From contig BTVJ01000003.1 in assembly GCA_045863395.1 (NCBI GenBank), positions 96,001 to 160,000 of the forward strand: DNA of 64,000 bases, in the 5' to 3' direction. This DNA comes from Myxococcales bacterium (GTDB lineage Bacteria; Myxococcota_A; UBA9042; JABWCM01; BTVJ01). This document shows positions 59,222 to 64,000 of the stretch, one piece after another. The position numbers and the translations under genes are program-made. Each line of letters opens with the position of its first letter. Positions within the stretch are counted from its first letter, which is position 1. The notes below the pieces were generated by a model, which did no database searches, was not told the origin of the DNA, and worked only from the letters and a program-made list of their open reading frames with translations.

Positions 59222-60730
59222 TCAGGTCGGCAGGTCGCCCAGGCGCCGCGAGAGGATGTCCACCAGCGCCATGATGGTCGCCTGGGGGTTCACCGCGCTG
59301 GGCGCCGGGAAGAGGCTCGCGTCGTTGACGTAGAGGCCCGTGACCCCGCGCACCGCGCCCGCCTCGTCCACCGCGCTGTCCGCCGCCCGGGCGCCCATGC
59401 GGCACGACGCGAAGATGTGGTTGGCGGTCATGTTCATGTCCGCGGCGCGCAGCCGGGGGCTCAGCATGGCCTCCGTGTCTGCGGGGGTGCGCATCTGGTG
59501 CTTCGTGCCCGGCAGGCCCGCGTACACGTAGCGGGCGCCGACCTTGAGCAGCGCGTCCGCCGCGAGCTTCAGGCCACGGTTCAGGGTGTGGGCCTCGGCG
59601 TCCGGGATGATCAGGCGCCCGCGCGGTATCCCGCCCCACCCCGACCTCACCGTCCCGCGCATCTTCCCCTTGTAGACCGCCGCGATGACCGTCGTGTGGC
59701 GCACGTCGCTCAGCATCTGCAGGAACGGGAGCCCCACGTCGCCCCAGCGGACCATCAGCGCCGAGATGGGCGCCCAGAGACACTCCAGCTTGAGCCCAGG
59801 GATGTCGTCCACGATGGCGCCCCAGCCCTGGGTGGCGCCGATCCAGGGGTCGACGACCTCCTCCATGCAGCCGACGACGCCGCCGCTCAGGTGGGCGTAG
59901 AGGGTCGCGCCCACCTGGCCGCCCCCGCTGACGCCGCTGCGCAGCAGCAGGGCCGGCGTATTCAGCGCGCCGGCCGCCAGCACGACCCGCGGGGCGCGCA
60001 CGGTGAACTGCCCCTGCCGCGTCCAGGTGAACGGGTCGACGACGTGGCCCGACACGCCGACGGCCCGCGACCCCTCGGTCAGCACGCGCCCCACCACCGA
60101 GCAGGTGAAGACCTCTGCCCCGTCCCGCTCCGCGTCCTTGAGGTAGGTGCGGTCCGTGGACTGCTTGGCGCCGGAGGTGCAGCCCGTCATGCAGTCGGCG
60201 CACCCCTCGCAGCCGTCCACGGCGCGGGGCAGGGGCTTGCTCTTGAGCCCCACGGAGTCCAGCGCGTCCCGCACCACCAGGTTGCGCCGCCCCATGACCG
60301 CCAGCGGCGTCGGCGCCACCCGGAGGCGCTGGTACACCCGCTCGTAGGCGCGGTCCAGGATGGGATCCGTGAACAGGCCGAGGCCGGACTCCTGCGCCCA
60401 CTCCTGGCGCACCCACTGCGGCATGGAGAGCATGATGGCCGAGTTGACCACCGTGCTGCCCCCCAGGCAGCGGCCCTGCATGCAGGGAAACTCGCCGGTG
60501 CCCGTGACCGTGCGCAGGCCCCCGTCCCAGTAGTGGCGCGCGAGGACAAGGGGGGCGTCCCGGGTCATGTCGGGGGCGCGCAGCTCGGCGCCCGCCTCCA
60601 GGACCACGACCTTCATGCCTGCCTTGGCCAGGTTGGCCGCGGCGATCGCGCCACCCGCGCCGGTGCCGACCACCACCACGTCGGCGGTCGCCTCGAAGCC
60701 GCCCCGCACGTCGTCGAGCCCGTGCCTCAT
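59222..60730 (-). CDS. GMC family oxidoreductase
   Basis: VVVGTGAGG, GRCLGGSTVVN, CEGCADCMTGC, VLAAGALNTP, HIFASCRMG, DASLFP, VNPQATIMA. Confidence 0.92.
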   Translation of the reverse strand: MRHGLDDVRGGFEATADVVVVGTGAGGAIAAANLAKAGMKVVVLEAGAELRAPDMTRDAPLVLARHYWDGGLRTVTGTGEFPCMQGRCLGGSTVVNSAIMLSMPQWVRQEWAQESGLGLFTDPILDRAYERVYQRLRVAPTPLAVMGRRNLVVRDALDSVGLKSKPLPRAVDGCEGCADCMTGCTSGAKQSTDRTYLKDAERDGAEVFTCSVVGRVLTEGSRAVGVSGHVVDPFTWTRQGQFTVRAPRVVLAAGALNTPALLLRSGVSGGGQVGATLYAHLSGGVVGCMEEVVDPWIGATQGWGAIVDDIPGLKLECLWAPISALMVRWGDVGLPFLQMLSDVRHTTVIAAVYKGKMRGTVRSGWGGIPRGRLIIPDAEAHTLNRGLKLAADALLKVGARYVYAGLPGTKHQMRTPADTEAMLSPRLRAADMNMTANHIFASCRMGARAADSAVDEAGAVRGVTGLYVNDASLFPAPSAVNPQATIMALVDILSRRLGDLPT

Positions 60731-61197
60731 GGCTTCACCGCTGCGAGGGCGTCGGGCCGCAGGGGGACCCGGAGCGGGTCCTCGGGGCGGTCGCACGCGG
60801 CGTACTGGCCCACGAAGGTGAGCACCGCGGGGTGGGACGCGTAGATCATGGTCAGGGAGGCCTTCACGCCGACTCCCACGAGGTTCACCGGGTAGAAGCG
60901 AGACCGTCGCCAGCGACGGATTGCCTCCGTCCTCCTCTGGACGGGTAGCCGCGAGAAGCGCCCGAGGCCCACCAGCAGGACCACGGGGAGGACGAGCTCG
61001 AGGAGCGAGTAGAGCGTGATCAGGAGGAGCCGCTGGGGAGGGGGCAGGGCGTCGATCCAGATCATCGCCCGCCGGACGATGTCCACCTGTTGCCAGTCCG
61101 GGGCCCCCAGGTCGTTGGACGGGAACAGGGCCTCCGCGGCCCCGCGGATGCCGTCCATCGCCCGTCGCTCCAAGAATCCTCGTTGGTCGGCGCTCAT
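60727..61197 (-). CDS. Small partner subunit of GMC oxidoreductase (gluconate-2-DH subunit 3-like)
   Basis: ATGA overlap with GMC gene; RFSRLP...RTEAIRRW...LTMIYASHP..VG.Y pattern. Confidence 0.6.
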   Translation of the reverse strand: MSADQRGFLERRAMDGIRGAAEALFPSNDLGAPDWQQVDIVRRAMIWIDALPPPQRLLLITLYSLLELVLPVVLLVGLGRFSRLPVQRRTEAIRRWRRSRFYPVNLVGVGVKASLTMIYASHPAVLTFVGQYAACDRPEDPLRVPLRPDALAAVKP

Positions 61198-61251
61198 GGC
61201 GAGCACCGTAGCAGAGCCACCGCGCGCCGTCGACGGGGTGCGACAAATAAA

Positions 61252-61267
61252 CCGACCGATCGGTCGG
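61252..61267. promoter_or_regulatory. Perfect 16-bp palindrome, TetR-type operator candidate
   Basis: CCGACCGATCGGTCGG in an AT-richer patch ~55 bp upstream of the GMC operon. Confidence 0.55.
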
Positions 61268-61283
61268 AATCCTTGTTACCGCA

Positions 61284-62192
61284 TCAGGGAGAGATGGCGG
61301 GGCACACGACGGGCGGGTCCTCGGGGGTGGCGACGAAGCCTCCGTGGGCGCAGGTGCTCTCGGGGGCCTTGCCCTGGTGCTCCTCCACGAAGTGCTCCAG
61401 GGCGTGGGTGTCCAGGCAGCTCGCGGTCAACGACCACTCCCACGCCAGGGCTGCGATGGTGATGCCATCCGGGAGGCACGGGTCCTCCGTGAGCACGAAG
61501 CGGCTCTGCACGCCGTCGACGGCATCGCACAGCGGCTCGGGGGGCAGGGTGGCCACGAAGGCCTGGAGCTCCGCCACCAGCTCCGGGCAGGGGGTGTCGC
61601 AGCGGTAGAGGAAGACGATGCCCCCGTGCTCCAGGTTGTGGACGAAGTGGGCGGCAGGGACGACGCCGTTGGCCACTCCCCAGGCCGACCAGACCGCGTA
61701 GTGATCGCCCGCCGAGGGGGGGTAGGTCGGGTAGCTCGGCGGCTCGGTCACGTGGGCGGCCCCGGGGCTCGGCAGGAACGTGGTGGTTGGCTCACAGGCC
61801 GCCGTGGCGTCCGTCGCCACGTCGGGGGGGATGTGTGGGGTGTCCTCCGTGGGGGGCACGTCCTCCCCCTGCACCGCGTCGGCGGAGCTCGCGTCGCCGC
61901 TCCCCGCGTCGCCGTGTACCGCGTCCTCCAGGGTCGCGTCGCCCTGAGCCGCGTCACCGGGCCCGTCGGCGGCGTCGGCCGCGTCCCCGTCGGATCCTCC
62001 GCCGGTGTCAGCGACGGCGTCGGTCTTGCCCGGGCCGCTGTCTGCGCCGCTCGCGTCGGCCCCCGAGGAGCCGTCTCCGCTGGTCGTCCCGTCGGTGCCG
62101 GACGCGATGGCCCACCCGGTGGTGCCGTAGTCGTTGTCGCAGCCGACCGCGAGGAGCGCGACCGCCGCCAGGGTCCAGAGGTCCAATCTCAC
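61284..62192 (-). CDS. DUF3105-domain lipoprotein
   Basis: GGAGG RBS, LLAVGC lipobox, Asp/Gly linker, YPTYPPSAGDH, VHNLEHGGIVFLY, ALAW. Confidence 0.82.
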   Translation of the reverse strand: MRLDLWTLAAVALLAVGCDNDYGTTGWAIASGTDGTTSGDGSSGADASGADSGPGKTDAVADTGGGSDGDAADAADGPGDAAQGDATLEDAVHGDAGSGDASSADAVQGEDVPPTEDTPHIPPDVATDATAACEPTTTFLPSPGAAHVTEPPSYPTYPPSAGDHYAVWSAWGVANGVVPAAHFVHNLEHGGIVFLYRCDTPCPELVAELQAFVATLPPEPLCDAVDGVQSRFVLTEDPCLPDGITIAALAWEWSLTASCLDTHALEHFVEEHQGKAPESTCAHGGFVATPEDPPVVCPAISP

Positions 62193-62326
62193 GCGCTCAC
62201 CTCCTGGTTGCAGCGCGCCAGGGTGGGCCAACGGAGCGCCGATTTCAAGTTCCGTGGTCGTCGCGAGGCCGGCTTGCGCCTCGTGGTGGTTCCGCGCTAG
62301 AAGGACCCCAACAGGGAGGTGCGGCG

Positions 62327-63379
62327 ATGAAGGCGAAGGCGGCGATCATCGGTGCGACCGGGTATGGTGGGGCGGAGCTCCTGCGGAGCCTGCTCTTCCA
62401 CCCCCACGTGGAGGTCATCCGCACGACGGCCGTGGACAACGTGGGCAGGCGGGTCGGCGACGTCCACCTGAGCCTCGCGTCGTCGAGCGACCTGGTCATC
62501 GAGCAGATGCCGCCTCGGGACGCGGCGGATGGCGCGGACCTGGTGTTCCTGGCGCTGCCCCACAAGGTGACGGCGAAGGTCGCCATGGAGCTGTTCGAGA
62601 CGGGGGTCCGCATCGTGGATCTCTCCGGCGACTTCCGGCTCCGGGACGCTGCTTCCTATGAGCGCTGGTACGGGGCGGAGCACCCGTGCCCCGAGCAGCT
62701 CGGCGCCTGGGCCTACGGCATGCCCGAGCTGCACCGGGAGCGGCTGCGCGAGGCGACCCGCATCGCCAGCCCCGGGTGCTTCGCGACGGCCATCGCCTTC
62801 TCACTCATGGCGGCGGCGCGGGGCGGTCTCCTGAGCGGCCCGGTCCCGGTGCTCGCGGCCACCGGGTCGAGCGGCAGCGGCGCCGAGCCCAAGCCGACCA
62901 CGCACCACCCGCTGCGCGCGGGCAACCTGCGCACCTACAAGCCGCTGGAGCACCAGCACGTCCCCGAGATCGAGCAGACTCTGCGGGACGCCGGGGCCGA
63001 CCCGAGCCTGCACCTCCAGTTCGTGCCCGTCTCCGCCCCGCTCGTGCGCGGCATCTTCGCCACCGCCTTCATCCGGGTCCCGGCGAGCTTCGACGAGGCC
63101 GACGCGCGGGCCCTCTACCAGACCTGCTGGGCCGGCGAGCCCTTCGTGCGGGTGGTCGAGGGGCGGCAGCCCGAGGTGGTCGCCGTCGCAGGCAGCATGT
63201 TCGCCGAGGTCGGCTGGGCGCTGGACACCGAGGTCCAGGGCTACTCCCGCACCCTCGTGTGCTTCGCCGCCATCGACAACCTCGTCAAGGGCGGCGCCGG
63301 CCAGGCGGTGCAGGCGACCAACGTGATGATGGGCTGGCCGGAGACGGCCGGCCTCGACCGTCCATCGGCCTGGCCATGA
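62327..63379 (+). CDS. argC: N-acetyl-gamma-glutamyl-phosphate reductase
   Basis: IGATGYGG, FLALPH, VDLSGDFRL, YGMPE, ASPGCFAT, IDNLVKGGAGQAVQ. Confidence 0.95.
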   Translation: MKAKAAIIGATGYGGAELLRSLLFHPHVEVIRTTAVDNVGRRVGDVHLSLASSSDLVIEQMPPRDAADGADLVFLALPHKVTAKVAMELFETGVRIVDLSGDFRLRDAASYERWYGAEHPCPEQLGAWAYGMPELHRERLREATRIASPGCFATAIAFSLMAAARGGLLSGPVPVLAATGSSGSGAEPKPTTHHPLRAGNLRTYKPLEHQHVPEIEQTLRDAGADPSLHLQFVPVSAPLVRGIFATAFIRVPASFDEADARALYQTCWAGEPFVRVVEGRQPEVVAVAGSMFAEVGWALDTEVQGYSRTLVCFAAIDNLVKGGAGQAVQATNVMMGWPETAGLDRPSAWP

Positions 63380-63397
63380 CCCTGGGAGCGTGACTTC

Positions 63398-64000
63398 ATG
63401 ATCGACGAGCCCCGCACGCCGACCTCGACCTTCCTGGCCCTCAACCGGTTCAAGCTCGAGACGTTCGTCATCAAGCTGGGTGGGGAGGCTCTCGCCGACC
63501 CGGTGGCGTTCGAGTCTCTGGTCGACGACGTCGGCCTGATCGTCCGCGCCGGGGTCCGCATCGTGCTGGTCCATGGTGGCGGCCCCCAGGCGACCGCCCT
63601 GTCTCGCCGCCTCGGCCTGGAGCCGCGCATCGTGGGTGGCCGCCGCATCACGGACGCGGCGACCCTCGAGGTCATGAAGATGACCCTCGCCGGCACCATC
63701 CCCGTGGACATGGCGGCCATGTTCCGCCGGAAGGGCATCCCCACCGTGCCGCTGAGCGGGGTCGCAGCCGACCTGATCATCGCGAAGCGGCGCCCGCCGC
63801 GGGTCGTGACGGGCTGCGGCGACGAGCCCGTGGACTTCGGGGAGGTGGGGGACATCCTCTCCGTCGGCACGGGGCTGCTCGCGACCCTGCTGGAGCGGCG
63901 CTACGTGCCGCTCATCGGGACCCTGGGCGCCGACCTGGACGGGAACGTGCTGAACATCAACGCCGACATCGCCGCCGCCCGCATCGCGGCGGCCATCGGC
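63398..64000 (+). CDS. argB: Acetylglutamate kinase (partial, runs off window)
   Basis: Hand-translated from ATG 63398: FVIKLGGE, LVHGGGPQ, GGRRITD, DFGEVGD, LNINADIAA. Confidence 0.92.
   Translation, partial: MIDEPRTPTSTFLALNRFKLETFVIKLGGEALADPVAFESLVDDVGLIVRAGVRIVLVHGGGPQATALSRRLGLEPRIVGGRRITDAATLEVMKMTLAGTIPVDMAAMFRRKGIPTVPLSGVAADLIIAKRRPPRVVTGCGDEPVDFGEVGDILSVGTGLLATLLERRYVPLIGTLGADLDGNVLNINADIAAARIAAAIG

Noticed and set aside
62327..64000. LysY/LysZ (LysW-dependent pathway) instead of argC/argB
   Set aside because: The HHPxR motif is LysY-like, but no lysW/lysX is visible in the window and the kinase looks like a standard ArgB; cannot be supported here

Overview
Very GC-rich bacterial chromosome segment, most consistent with a Myxococcota/deltaproteobacterial lineage (Cys-rich lipoproteins, receiver plus coiled-coil protein, Cys-rich Pal, single-hairpin pan RNA). 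It is mostly housekeeping: pgsA, nadB, panBC, tlyA, xseB, amrB, cca, cysS, def-fmt, tRNA-Gln-rplY-pth-hppA-rpsF-rpsR-rplI-prmA-rsmE, folK, mnmG, cpoB-pal, argC-argB. Many secreted or lipoprotein genes are interspersed. No CRISPR array, prophage, transposase or recognisable defence system is present, and I could not identify an unambiguous novel system. Best leads: (1) a 176-bp fully palindromic MITE with 21-bp perfect TIRs and a TAA duplication that regenerates a stop codon; (2) a ~385-nt highly structured leader or ncRNA upstream of an HPF/RaiA-like gene; (3) a CslA/cellulose-synthase-like GT2 gene followed by a 1,369-aa lipoprotein of ~35 Dictyostelium-ECM-like Cys repeats; (4) a Na+-pumping pyrophosphatase inside the ribosomal-protein cluster; (5) MEP-pathway genes missing from three neighbourhoods that usually contain them. 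All calls come from reading motifs by eye; no database searches were run.
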